Below, one piece after another: positions 38,256 to 49,198 of a DNA stretch of 64,000 nucleotides. The translations under genes and the position numbers were made by a program. Origin of the DNA: Lepidodermella squamata (Eukaryota; Animalia; Gastrotricha); assembly GCA_047495785.1 (NCBI GenBank), contig JBLDXI010000007.1, forward strand, positions 3,472,001 through 3,536,000. Direction: 5' to 3'. The notes beneath the pieces were generated by a model, which was given only the letters and a program-made list of their open reading frames with translations, made no database searches and had not been told where the DNA came from. Numbering within the stretch: position 1 is the stretch's first letter; every line of letters begins with the position of its first letter.

Positions 38256-40665
38256 CTATCTAATGGTAATAGATTGATGATGAGGCAAGTCAATTTCAAT
38301 CGTGCTTCGCGGCTTAGGCCATAAAACAATCGAAGCATTGGAGACCGAGAACAACAGAGAAACTATCGCAAGTGTTTGACTAGTTTCTACCGGATTATCC
38401 GCTAATACGAGACATATTAACACAGTAGCAGAGTAAATTGTCCCAATATTTGCGGCTATCAGCCTAATTCTTGAAATCTCAATCAACCGAATGCTCCCAT
38501 GACGGTAATGTCTCGTCTCATAGACTATCCAAACGCATATTGCGGATAACAAAAATCCCATCAGTAACAAAGGGAGTAGCCAAAACAACTCCTCGCTCGA
38601 TTCCAAAGTCGATACCAAGTTAACGTAGAATGTATCTGCTTCGAAATTATAAGGATTCTCAGTTTTTAGATATCTCTCTCGATTGACAGGATTAGCCTGA
38701 GAGAACCAGGCCGCCAAATAGGCCAATAAGACGAGTTTTGAAGCGAAAATTGCTTTCAACATCAGACGTCGAGCACTGTCGAAACTTTCAATGGCTGGTG
38801 GGCGGTTTAAAACACTTCCGCTACCTCTCGTACTCCGACTTCCTGCAATATTTACGGTATGTCGGCTGGTACGTGTTAGAAATATATTTCTGCTATGCCT
38901 TTCGAGTAGAAGTCGGCTGAAAACAGATGCCTGAAAATAGTGGGTAACATAAATGTAAAATGGACAAATCAGACAGTTTTCAAACCTGGGACAGGCTAAA
39001 GCCGAATATCAGGAATATCCTCTGAAGGTAAAATACAGCAATCGAAGTATTCAAATCAATACTCAGAGCAAAAACAATGCTTGCTGCGTTGAAGCTCATA
39101 GATGAACTACAGAATAGAACCATCTCTTCGCCAATGCTGCCAGATTTTTTAATCCACTGACAGATCCAACAGAGCTGAATGATTGAAATCAGAATTGATA
39201 TTCCTATTACACACCACGAGAATGAAGGGGTGATTGCAATGTGAACGATTTGAAGCCGATATTGATCCCTAGGTTGTTTTCCATCAATAGTAAACCATTT
39301 CACAGGTCGATAATCTTTCCTCATGGAATAGCTAGAGTATGCAGTTGCAGATTCGTTCTGAAATGCCCTTCGGAAAGAACTCAGCACTTGAGGACCAGTT
39401 TCATCGGCAGCTTGTATCGTAACGTAAACATCATCATCCGGCTCTAATCTTGATGAATACTTAAATCGGCCTATTCTAAGCCCGATATAGTCAACATTAG
39501 CTAAAGAATAATTTAACATGGCCGCAATTTGCTTCGGATAAGTTTTGTAATCTGTTATGGACAAATTTTTGGCCGCCAAACCACTTTCAGTCATGTTCAA
39601 TGCAACAAGCGCGGCTAACATCGAATCGTGGCAGAAAATTCTCTTGTCGTAGTCTGTCGGTTTTGATTTCGAACCATTGCTCATGGCATTCCATTTTCTG
39701 TCAAATTTAGCCTCAAATTCTGCGAGGTTGTAACCGAATGTGGACTTCATGCTAGGATCATCCAAATTAGTGGCTATCCAACCGCTCCAAAAAGTGTATT
39801 TGAACTGATCCATCAAGATGCTTCGCGAGCACCCAGGTATCATTTGATTCTCCGCTAACGACATGGGATCGACGTAAGTTGTGAAAAGTGGTAGAAACAC
39901 ATACCGCTCTCCAGTTAGTCCCGACAAATAGGCTTTGCATAAGAATTTTACTGTTAACGTTGTCGAAGCGACTGTGAGAGCAATAATTCGCATATCAGCT
40001 GATTTCAGTGAAACAATTACCGAGTCTTCAATATCATTAACAACTTCGAAGAAAGGAATGTCGAAGTTGTTTTGAAGTCCAACGTTAAGGAGTGGAATTG
40101 CTGTTAGGTAGGCATTTGCAGCATCAGTGACTATTCCGAAACGTCTCCAGCCTCCGAGATCGTTGATAAATCTTAGAAGGGAGAAAACCATCATTTCAGC
40201 GCCACTTCGAGCTTTGTACAAACTTGGGTACATAACTCTGTTATTGGTCATGACCGGGTGGTTGCAACCGATGGCTGAATTCGCTAGGTTAAGCTGGGCT
40301 CCGATCAGACCGATGGGGCGACATCCAGTTGAGAACCATGGTCCAACGAAAACAGGCGCCATATTTTGAATGATTCCATTTGAAAATGATTGCGAAGTCT
40401 CAATGATTGCCCGTGTTGCTTGGATGCTGCTCGCACCCTCATCGCGGTATATTGGGGATATTCGATAGCCTGGCAAGAAATCGGACTTTTTGTTCGCCTC
40501 TTCAATCGCTATATCGATGGCGATTATGCAGGATTCAGCTTTCCGCGGGGCATCGCCAGTTAGACCGATTAACGATAGAATTCGCAAATCCGTGGCACTC
40601 CAGACTCCAGCTATCCACAAACCAGGGATAATTAAGGTTGCGTTCAGAAATAGGTAATTATACAT
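38256..40665 (-). CDS. Class C GPCR, GABA-B-like; paralog D, one intron
   Basis: ORF 40665-38986 is spliced over a phase-0 GT-AG intron (38931-38985) to ASVFSRLLLER...MLKAIFAS..., ending at 38256; same family motifs as paralogs B and C. Confidence 0.88.
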
Positions 40666-41981
40666 CCTTTTTTTAAACTTTGACCCTATAGTGAATAAAT
40701 GGCTTTGAGATTCGACTCAGACTACTAATAGATCAAACGCCCGCGCAACGAACGGAAATAAGCCACGCAGCGAATTGTCATAGAAAACTCATCTGGCTGA
40801 GTGTTATTTGTGCATCCTTTCTCAGAGATGTGTGATGTAACATCCCTTCAACACTATGTGGACTTTTACCTTGTCAGACAAACTGGGTGCATGAAATTGC
40901 AAACCTGTGATGAACAAGCTTTTTTTGTGAGTTCTTATGGAACAAAATGAATCGCACATCGTCCGTTATGAAACATGTGCGATCTTCACGATTTATGACA
41001 TGATAACAGGCTATTTAATGTTGTTTTCCTATTGAATTACTCGCCGCTGGATTCCACTGCAGTTGAAACAAGTTGACAGTATATTATATCTTCACGCTTC
41101 AGATCGAAAGATTCTTGTAAATTAGTTGGATTTTCGTGTTTGTCATGCATTTCTCAGCGCGAAACATGGACACGGAGTGAAAGCTGAGCCGGATCGGCCT
41201 GAAATGCGACTAAAGACCCGAAGCTTGAATTTGAAGCTTCGTATGAACTAAGCTTTGTTAGGTTGAACTAACAGCCATTATTCCCACACTCTAATTACAC
41301 ACTTCATTCTTTGGACGGAGTTTCTTCCTTGACTGCGCATAAGAGGTTGATGGATAATTTGAATTCGATCGCAAATCGCAAAATAAAAGCATTGAGCGAC
41401 AAAGCTTCCATTCTACACAAAGCCGTGGCATGTGGCGGCTTGTTGCAGCAACGTTCCTGGGACGTCAGCGTTCATCGCAAATCCTGGGCTGAAAAGCAGC
41501 CGTCCCTGACTGACTCGATAGACTCGAAAAGCTTAAATTTCTTTCCTCGTAGAATACCCTCGAAAAGGTTTATGGCAGGAGCTAGTTGCTTGCGACTTGC
41601 GAAGCTAGCAATCAGCTACTGATTGTCTATCGTGAAAGCCTTAGTCTTAACACTTACCCCTGCGTATGAGGCTGTGATGGGTAAGTTTAATTCTGCCGCG
41701 AGTTTATGGCCTCAAGTCTCAAGTGTGAATGCATCCACTCCGTTGAACCTGCTGCAGCAATTTAACAATTGCTCTCAAACACACCTTGAGTGCGAGGTGG
41801 CATTATTTATGTTTTGGGTGACATTGAAGGCCGTGTGTAAAGTTCATTCGTAGCGTTTTATCACTTTTATCTCCGCCCTCATAATTGTCTTGTCTAGTAA
41901 TTACTTCTCTCGGCAAAGGTTATTTAAACGAATATTCCTGAATTGGTGGATTTAATACCCCTCATACTTACTCTTACTTAG

Positions 41982-42849
41982 ATGCCTAGGAAAATTGAAC
42001 TCATTTTTATTCTGCTTTTGGCGGTTGTAATTGCCGTGGATTGCTGCGCGCCAACTTCTTTAACCGCGTCCTGCCCTGATACGTGCGCCGCCGGAAATAC
42101 CTGTGCCGATGTTGCTTGCTCTGGTAACCAATATTGCGCACCTGCAGTGAGTTGAACTGCTAGTGAAAGAACACTCGACTAAAAATTCAAACTCTGTCAA
42201 CAGAATGCCTACCAAATGTGCACTTTGAAAAGCAATATTCCTGGAACGTCATCCTTCATCAACTTCTGCTTCTCAAACCCTGGCCTGGCATGCAGCACTC
42301 TAACTGGAGGAGCGGTAATACCTTGCTACTTTCTTATTTGCGATTTCCAATTCAAGTTAACATGAAGAGCGTGTTCCCGAGCAAGATTTACAGCGATTTT
42401 GACCAATGCTGTGCAGCTACTTCGTCCAATGTCAGATATGAAACCTTCGTGAGCAAAGATGCCGCCCAGGCCTATGCAGTACTGCCTCTGATCTGCGTCG
42501 GAGCCCTCGATAACACGCCCTATAAAGTTTGTGCTCGTACGGACACAGGCTGTAAAGGAACCTGCACTCGGTTTCCGAATGTATGCAACGCTCCCGGGCA
42601 GCTTAACGTCTCGTCTACTGTAGGTTTTACACGTTATCTCTAGTAAAACTTGATATGTCTTGTGCGTTCTCTCCACCCCAGAATCCTGCACTTGCCGGTG
42701 GCATCTATGCATTTCAGACGTTTTCCAGTTGTTGCAATGCGCTCGCCTCGGCGTTTAGGGTTGTCTACAAAGCTGGAGGTTCATCAGTTTACGGTGGCTC
42801 TTTCGACACTTGCTTTCAGAAAACTGTTGCATCCGGCGAACGCTGTTGA
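41982..42849 (+). CDS. Small secreted cysteine-rich protein of unknown family, 4 exons
   Basis: Signal MPRKIELIFILLLAVVIAVDC, then CAPTSLTASCPDTCAAGNTC...; three phase-0 GT-AG introns give a continuous frame ending TVASGERC-stop; two similar halves, each with an F..CC.A motif. Confidence 0.7.
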
Positions 42850-43068
42850 GCCTTCAATTTTTGAAGCATTGATTATATTAGACATGATCAAACTGGCCAG
42901 AAATAAACGCCGCTTTTCAAGTTTTTTCGCTCAACACTGTCTCACGTTGATCATTTGTAGGTAGCGGGGAAGGCTCAACATTTATTTGATCGGATGGATT
43001 TTTAGCCTATTTTGAAAATGTTAAAATTAAAATTAAAATTTACAAAGGCAACCGAAGGTAAGTAGCTA

Positions 43069-46000
43069 CTAACGATTATCGCAGTTGACTCCAGTCCAGC
43101 CAGGTTTGCAGGCACATTTGTAACCTGAGTGGCAGAAGCCATTTTTACAGGGAGTTGTGCATTTCGCTGAAAATAGGAAGCAAACTTTGAAGAACACGAA
43201 AAACTTCACAGAATAATACCCGTTCCCCGTAAATGTAAAAAAGTAGTATAATTGCTAACCTAAATTGTAAATTTTGATGTCACGGATGTCCAATTTGTTG
43301 CCGTATGTTGAATGGAAAGAAAAAACAGCGGGCGCAACTGTCGGGTCGTTTATAGGCAGCGAAATTAGAAACATGAAACCATCGATCAAATTGATGCACG
43401 AATTCGTGTCGCAATAGTCTACCCAGACCTGATTGCCATATTTAAAAACTACGCCGAGGTGGAAAACCCCTTCAAACATCGGAGATGGCAGCCTTCTTTT
43501 GACAGCATTATTCCCATAACCTCCTGCGTTTCTCGCCACTGAAGCAGTTTGAACGAGTATTTCCGAATCAGTTGTGTTCATCACCGTATATTTGAAGTAC
43601 ATTCCAGCGAAACACAGCGTTATGTTGTTGGTTCCGGGAGGGTTGACCGTTGTGAACATATTTGATGAATTCGTAGTTGGTCCGAAGTAGAAAGACCCTC
43701 CAGTTGTCCTAACCACTTCAAGCGTTATGTTCATTGAAAAATCGGTCAACGGCATAGCCTAAAATTGTGCTCTGGGGTAGAAGAAAATGATAGGATTTCT
43801 GAAGAGCTTACGGCTCGACTGACCAAGTAACCTCGGGTCCATCCCGCAGTATTCCCCAAACGTATGACATAATTAGTCATCACAGAATTCCCGTCACCAC
43901 CAAGTCGTTCGGTGACCCAGTCGCTCACTAAAAATGCAAATCGATGACGAACTTGGAAAGTAATAGGCTTTAAACTTACGACGCTTGCCGTCAGCTGTGT
44001 AACTCAAAGTGGGGACGAAAGAATTTTGGTCGAACTTAGGATTCTTATTTATTTATTTATTTATTTAAAGAGCCATAACGCCCAGAAGAGGACAGCTCAG
44101 ACAAGTGATCAATAGAAAAGTAAAGTCAACAACAAAATTGAAAATCGAAATAGCATAAATAGTAGACTGATCGGGATCACTATCGAAATCAATGCAATGA
44201 TCAACATAACATGAAAAATATGAAAATATATGAATATTCAACAATCAGAGCAGAGCGGCATTAATGTTGTAGTAGTGTAGATAAGCCGCTTGGCGACACG
44301 CCTTCGCTGACTCCGCTTCGTGAACGCTCGAAGGCATTTGATTCCACAAGTGCGGGCCACGGTACGACATGCTTAGTTGGCCTCGCTCGGATGTGTAGGT
44401 CGGTTTTAACATGGGTTCGAAATTACGGCAGCTGTAGCCGTGGCTGCGATCGTTCAACTTAAACATCAACGTGAATTCATCCGGCGCCATCTTGTTCAGG
44501 CTCTTCCACATGAATGTACATAGGTGCATCGCATGTTTCTGGCCGACTGTTAGCCACCCAAGTCGATGCCGCAGCGGGGCCGGATCCGCCAATGGATGAG
44601 CGCCGTATATGATTTTGATAGCTCGATCCTGCGACGATTGCAGTTTGTCGCGAGTCGATTTTGAGGCCTGTCCGAGGGTGAGGTCGCCATAATTCAGGTG
44701 GCTGACGACGAGGCCATTTGTCATCATAACAGCAGTTTTGCGATCGATTCCAGCGTTGACAGCTTGTTTGAGAGCAAAAAGGCCTTTTCGGGCTTTGCCT
44801 TTGGCCATCTCGACGTGCTCATCGAATTGTAGCTTGTTGTCAATTTTGAAACCAAGGGTATCCATGATTTCTGACGGCTTTATCGCAACTCCTCCGATTG
44901 TGACCTTGAAATCGGGCGCTGTCGAGAGGTGTGGTTTGAGAAGCATGAATTGCGATTTTTTCCCATTTACTGCGAGGCTGTTCTGTTTTAGCCATGCGCA
45001 TACCCTGTCAAGTTCCAGTTGCAGAACTGAGTGGAGTTCGTTGATGTTCTTCGATCCGTAAAAAATTGTAATGTCGTCGGCGTATTGTGCTATACCGCAT
45101 CTCCTTAAAATCAAAGGCAGGTCGTTTACATAAATTGTAAACATGAGTGGCCCAAGAACCGATCCTTGTGGCACACCGCAATCAATTGACTCGAACGGGG
45201 ATGCTTCGCCGTTGATTTTCGTGGTTTGGCGGCGATTGCTCAAGTAGTTTATCAATAGGCGAATTGACTTTTCCGTTACACCAGCGGATCGGAGAGATTC
45301 GATAATCCCATCGTGGTGGAGCGTGTCGAAGGCTTTGGATAAGTCGATCGACACGGCTCCAACCACGTTTCCTTTGTCAAGTAGATGTCGCCAGCGTTCG
45401 GTGAACGATGCCACGCAGGTGTCAGTCGAATGGTATTGACGAAATCCGTGTTGTGCCGGTGTTAAGAATTTGATCGCTCGCAAATGATCTTTCAGCTGTG
45501 TTGCCAGGCAACGCTCGAACGTACGAGATAGTGGTGAAGTGATCGAAATCGGCCTAAAATTCCCAACCTCAGCCTTTGATCCGGACTTATGCAGCGGTGT
45601 GACAATAGCCGTTTTCCAATCACTGATAAAGACACCATCTCGAATGGCCAAGTTGAAGAGCGCTGTGAGATGCCGAGCAATTGAAGGCTTTGCCATCTTC
45701 ACGATGCACTCGGGGATGCCGTCGAACCCGGTCGTAGCCTTGTAACTCAGTTTGTCGATCGCTTTTTCGACATCGGTGACCGAGACAGGTCGAAACGTAA
45801 ACGGCGTTGAGCTTCGTTTACGTCTTGCGAAGTTCAGACAGCCTGCGAGACTTTCGGCCACGATTTTTCCTGCTTGTGAGAAGAACAGATTAAAATTGGT
45901 GGCCTTTTGCAATGACTCATCTCTTGATAGCTGCGTCCAGACGTTGCGGTTCTTTGGCTTGGGACGGAAATCTTTGACGATTCGCCACAATTTTCGCGGG

Positions 46001-46705
46001 TCGTTGCCAGCCTCCTTAACTCGTCGACGATATCCAGCACGGCGCGCCTTGCGTCGTTGTCGTTGACGTTGTCGCCGCGTGAGCGTTGGATCAAAATGCT
46101 TCTTCTTGGCTTGGCGATTTCGCTTTTTAGCTTGTTCTTTGTCGATCAACGGGGCCACTTCGTCCATCACTGCTAGAAGCCGGAGTTTGATTTGAGACCA
46201 GAAAGTTACGCAATCGTCCGACTCGTTGACCGTCGCAAGTTTCTCCTGTAGTAGTTGATTGAGTCGTTCAGTATCAACACTGTTCTGCACTGTATAATTA
46301 TTTCGAACAGTAAATGATTGAAGGTCGTACTTTAACGCCTTACCAATCGAGCAATCATCACCTTTGAAGCGAGCTAAACAAGTACAAGCATTCGGTGCCG
46401 AGCAATAACCACCTGCTAGCGAACACTTGCTGCATAGAGCTGAATGGTCAATAGGGGAACATAAAATAATTCATCCCGGCTCGAAACAATGATAATTACG
46501 AGTGGAACAAGTGCTGCCAGACCATCCGCTAATGCACTGGCATATGTTTGTCGAAATGCACGAGCCTCCATTTTGGCATTGGCTACTGCAAGCTATTAGA
46601 AATCGGGCAAATAATGGGCAAAATCCTGAAGCTTGGAATTTTCATACTTTGCGCATATCCCATAGCGAGCAAAGAATAATAGGTTAAAATCTTGTAAGAA
46701 AACAT
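43069..46705 (-). CDS. EGF + lectin-like protein paralog 4, interrupted in exon 4 by a LINE
   Basis: Exon 1 46705-46648 (MFSYKILTYYSLLAMGYAQ); EGF exons 46592-46500 and 46439-46344; exon 4 starts at 46289 and resumes at 44041 (VQNPKFDQNSFVPTLSYTADGKR, homologous to VIGNPPMNPLNYEPEFSWIADGRS); lectin-like domain at 43755-43260; EGF exon ~43167-43075. The 3' end is approximate. Confidence 0.8.
44046..46282 (-). mobile_element. 5'-truncated non-LTR retrotransposon (CR1/L2/Jockey-group-like) with intact RT ORF
   Basis: RT motifs PLHKSG...NFRPISI, QHGFR, IDLSKAFD, GVPQGSVLGP, QYADD; stop at 44245; ~200-bp 3' UTR ending in (TAAA)n at 44046-44066; flanked by TTCT at 44042-44045 and 46283-46286; no endonuclease domain. 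Confidence 0.93.
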
Positions 46706-47240
46706 TTTTTGTATTGTTTTTGGACAATGCGGAACATGCAGCTTGCGTAAAAATTGGGATTGCAGGTGAAAAGGCTGCCTATCAATCTCCCACGCAGTTG
46801 CATTACAGATTACAGATCGATGAGCATCGCGCTGGCTGCAGCGGCCAACGTCCGGGCACATGCAACGAACGATTTAAATTACTGATCAATTTTAAAACTG
46901 ATTTAAATCTTAGTAGATTTTCCTCTCATTTTTTGGCATTACGTTTCGACAAACCTTCCTCCTAGATACTAGAATTATTCAGATCGTTTCCGTCTTTTAT
47001 GATTTAGTTATATCAACGGCTGGGTATCTACTGAGTACTAAGGTGTTAGGAAGGACTAATTGCCGGCTGGAATTTTCCTTTGAAAGTTGAAACAGCTCAT
47101 ACAGAATAAGAGAAATCGATGTAATGAGAATTTAAATCGGTTCCCTTTGACGAATTTGATTGGGAAGGTTGATGGAAAGTAAACAGTGGAGGATATCCGC
47201 GCGCCAAACATTCGCCTGGGTAGATACGCTAAAAGCTAAA

Positions 47241-48479
47241 ATGCCTCTCAACTGCGCTATTTTCTTGAAATTGACACTTTGCCTGATGATCCAGTTCTCG
47301 AAATCGCAACCTCCACCTGATCAAGGGCCTCGAATGGGCGGGGCAGGTTTCTCGAACATCTACTCCGATTTGCCGGGGTTGACTTTGCCTATAAGTGAGC
47401 CCATCCCAACCATGACTACGGATGATTTGATAGTGTGCCACAACGTCCGCACACACCTTCGAAACCCTTTGGATAACGTAGATAAACCCATTGAAGTCCA
47501 TATGACCTTCGCTATTACTGGCGACGTTTTCGAACTTGACCCAATAGCTGAAGACCTCCGGTTCTCAGCAATCATCGGATTTCAATGGACAATCGATACT
47601 TGTCCCTCAAGTATCTTAACTGGAAATCGCCCCGAACGAGTTGTGATTGATTCGGTCGATGACGTCTGGCATCCTCGAGTCATGATGTCAACGAATCCTG
47701 GTGACATTCTATTGCAAGATTCCGATATTGGCCACTATTTGGAGGCTGCTTACATACCTACGACGCCTTATCGAAACATAACTTTCTACTGGACACGAAT
47801 GGGAATGTTCAATTCGAAATGTGAACTCACCCTCAGGAAGTTCCCATTTGACATACAAAAATGCCGTATCAAATTCAAAATCATTGAACCGGATAGTTTT
47901 TTGAAATTCGGCATATTGAGCTTTCCACCTCTTAGATTGTCTTCGAATGGCGAGTGGAGGGTTGAGGATTACACGACGGCTGTGACTAAATTGGATTCGA
48001 TAACGATAAGTGGGGCGAATGTGAGTGTAGCTGAGTTCTGCCTTGTAATCAGACGAGTCCCAGATTACATGCTGTTCTACTTCCTCGTGCCTTGTCAAAT
48101 GCTGGTTTTACTCGAACTGGCGTCATTTCTAGCTCCTCCAGAGCGACTGGATAGAACTCTTCTTTCCATCACAATTCTTCTAGCTCTATTGTTTTCGCAA
48201 TCTGACGTTCTGAGAAATGTACCCGAGTCGTCTCAGCGAGTAATGATGGCTGATTATTTCCTTCTTCTGGTTGCTTTCACCGGCCTCTGTGCGTTCTACG
48301 ATGCTTTGATGAACTACTTTTGCGCCACAATTCCTAAGAAAATGGAGTCGACGATGCCAGGCTGCCCGGGTTGCTTCGGAAAAATTCGTACTTCTCGATG
48401 TGTTGACATTTTCTTCGCAATAATTGCAATCCTGATTTTGTTTGTAATCAATTTTTATTCCTTCAGTGTTGCAGCTTAA
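47241..48479 (+). CDS. Divergent Cys-loop ligand-gated ion channel subunit 1, intronless
   Basis: Signal peptide; loop A WHPRV; Cys-loop CELTLRKFPFDIQKC; NGEW; pre-M1 IRR; four TM helices (M2 DRTLLSITILLALLFSQ); very short M3-M4 loop. Confidence 0.92.
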   Translation: MPLNCAIFLKLTLCLMIQFSKSQPPPDQGPRMGGAGFSNIYSDLPGLTLPISEPIPTMTTDDLIVCHNVRTHLRNPLDNVDKPIEVHMTFAITGDVFELDPIAEDLRFSAIIGFQWTIDTCPSSILTGNRPERVVIDSVDDVWHPRVMMSTNPGDILLQDSDIGHYLEAAYIPTTPYRNITFYWTRMGMFNSKCELTLRKFPFDIQKCRIKFKIIEPDSFLKFGILSFPPLRLSSNGEWRVEDYTTAVTKLDSITISGANVSVAEFCLVIRRVPDYMLFYFLVPCQMLVLLELASFLAPPERLDRTLLSITILLALLFSQSDVLRNVPESSQRVMMADYFLLLVAFTGLCAFYDALMNYFCATIPKKMESTMPGCPGCFGKIRTSRCVDIFFAIIAILILFVINFYSFSVAA

Positions 48480-49198
48480 TGGTTAGCTTGGCATTAATGG
48501 TTTATTTACCGAACCCTGATTCTTTTTTTAGGCATAAACTCTAACGAGGTATTTATCTGAAGTGAAGTAAAATAATTATAAAATAAAGTAAAGTAAAGTA
48601 TAGTATATAAAGCTAAGAAATCTTGAGGGTGAAAGTGTGATGAGTGTTACAATCATCAATCATCATATTTGCCGTGGGCTCAGCTCAGGGGGTTGGTGTG
48701 AGGGAAAGCATTACAGATTATAGATGCTACAAAAAAGTTACTTGATATTTGATATAAAAATAAAAAATGTTGTACTTCGAGATACTTTCCCGATGGAAGA
48801 TCAGTAGTGTACGAACACCTAACTGACGCTGTCGCGTCATCCTCGGTCGATGTAATCAGTGAACTTCGATTTTTTTAGGTTTATCGGTGAAGGGTTGAGG
48901 AACGTTTTGCTGATTGTATGAATGGTTTCATCAGTTAATGCCATTTTCTCCACACATCTTAGTAATCATTTTCTGTCATCTTCATTTTTGCAGTGTGTAA
49001 ATAAAAGTAAACTTGGCGGCGAGAATGATGCTGGCATGTTTGCGAATGAAATATACCTAGAGGGTTCACGTATGATCACGTATGGCAGCTGCGTAATCAA
49101 CAGCCTGGTTCGAATGACAATGCCTAAAACCTAACAAAGAATTCCCGTATAACGGACCACTCCATTTTATTATGAAAATTCGTTAGAAAGAATCAAGA

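Noticed and set aside
41311-41853. Two adjacent ORFs of 103 and 76 aa
   Set aside because: Non-ATG starts, no recognisable motif, no exon structure.
44245-46290. RT as a retron, DGR or bacterial defence reverse transcriptase
   Set aside because: Motifs, (TAAA)n tail, target duplication, 5' truncation and eukaryotic context all fit a non-LTR retrotransposon.
48585-48601. (TAAAG)n runs here and near 21341
   Set aside because: Three-unit microsatellites in 3' regions; no upstream element body to suggest retroposon tails.
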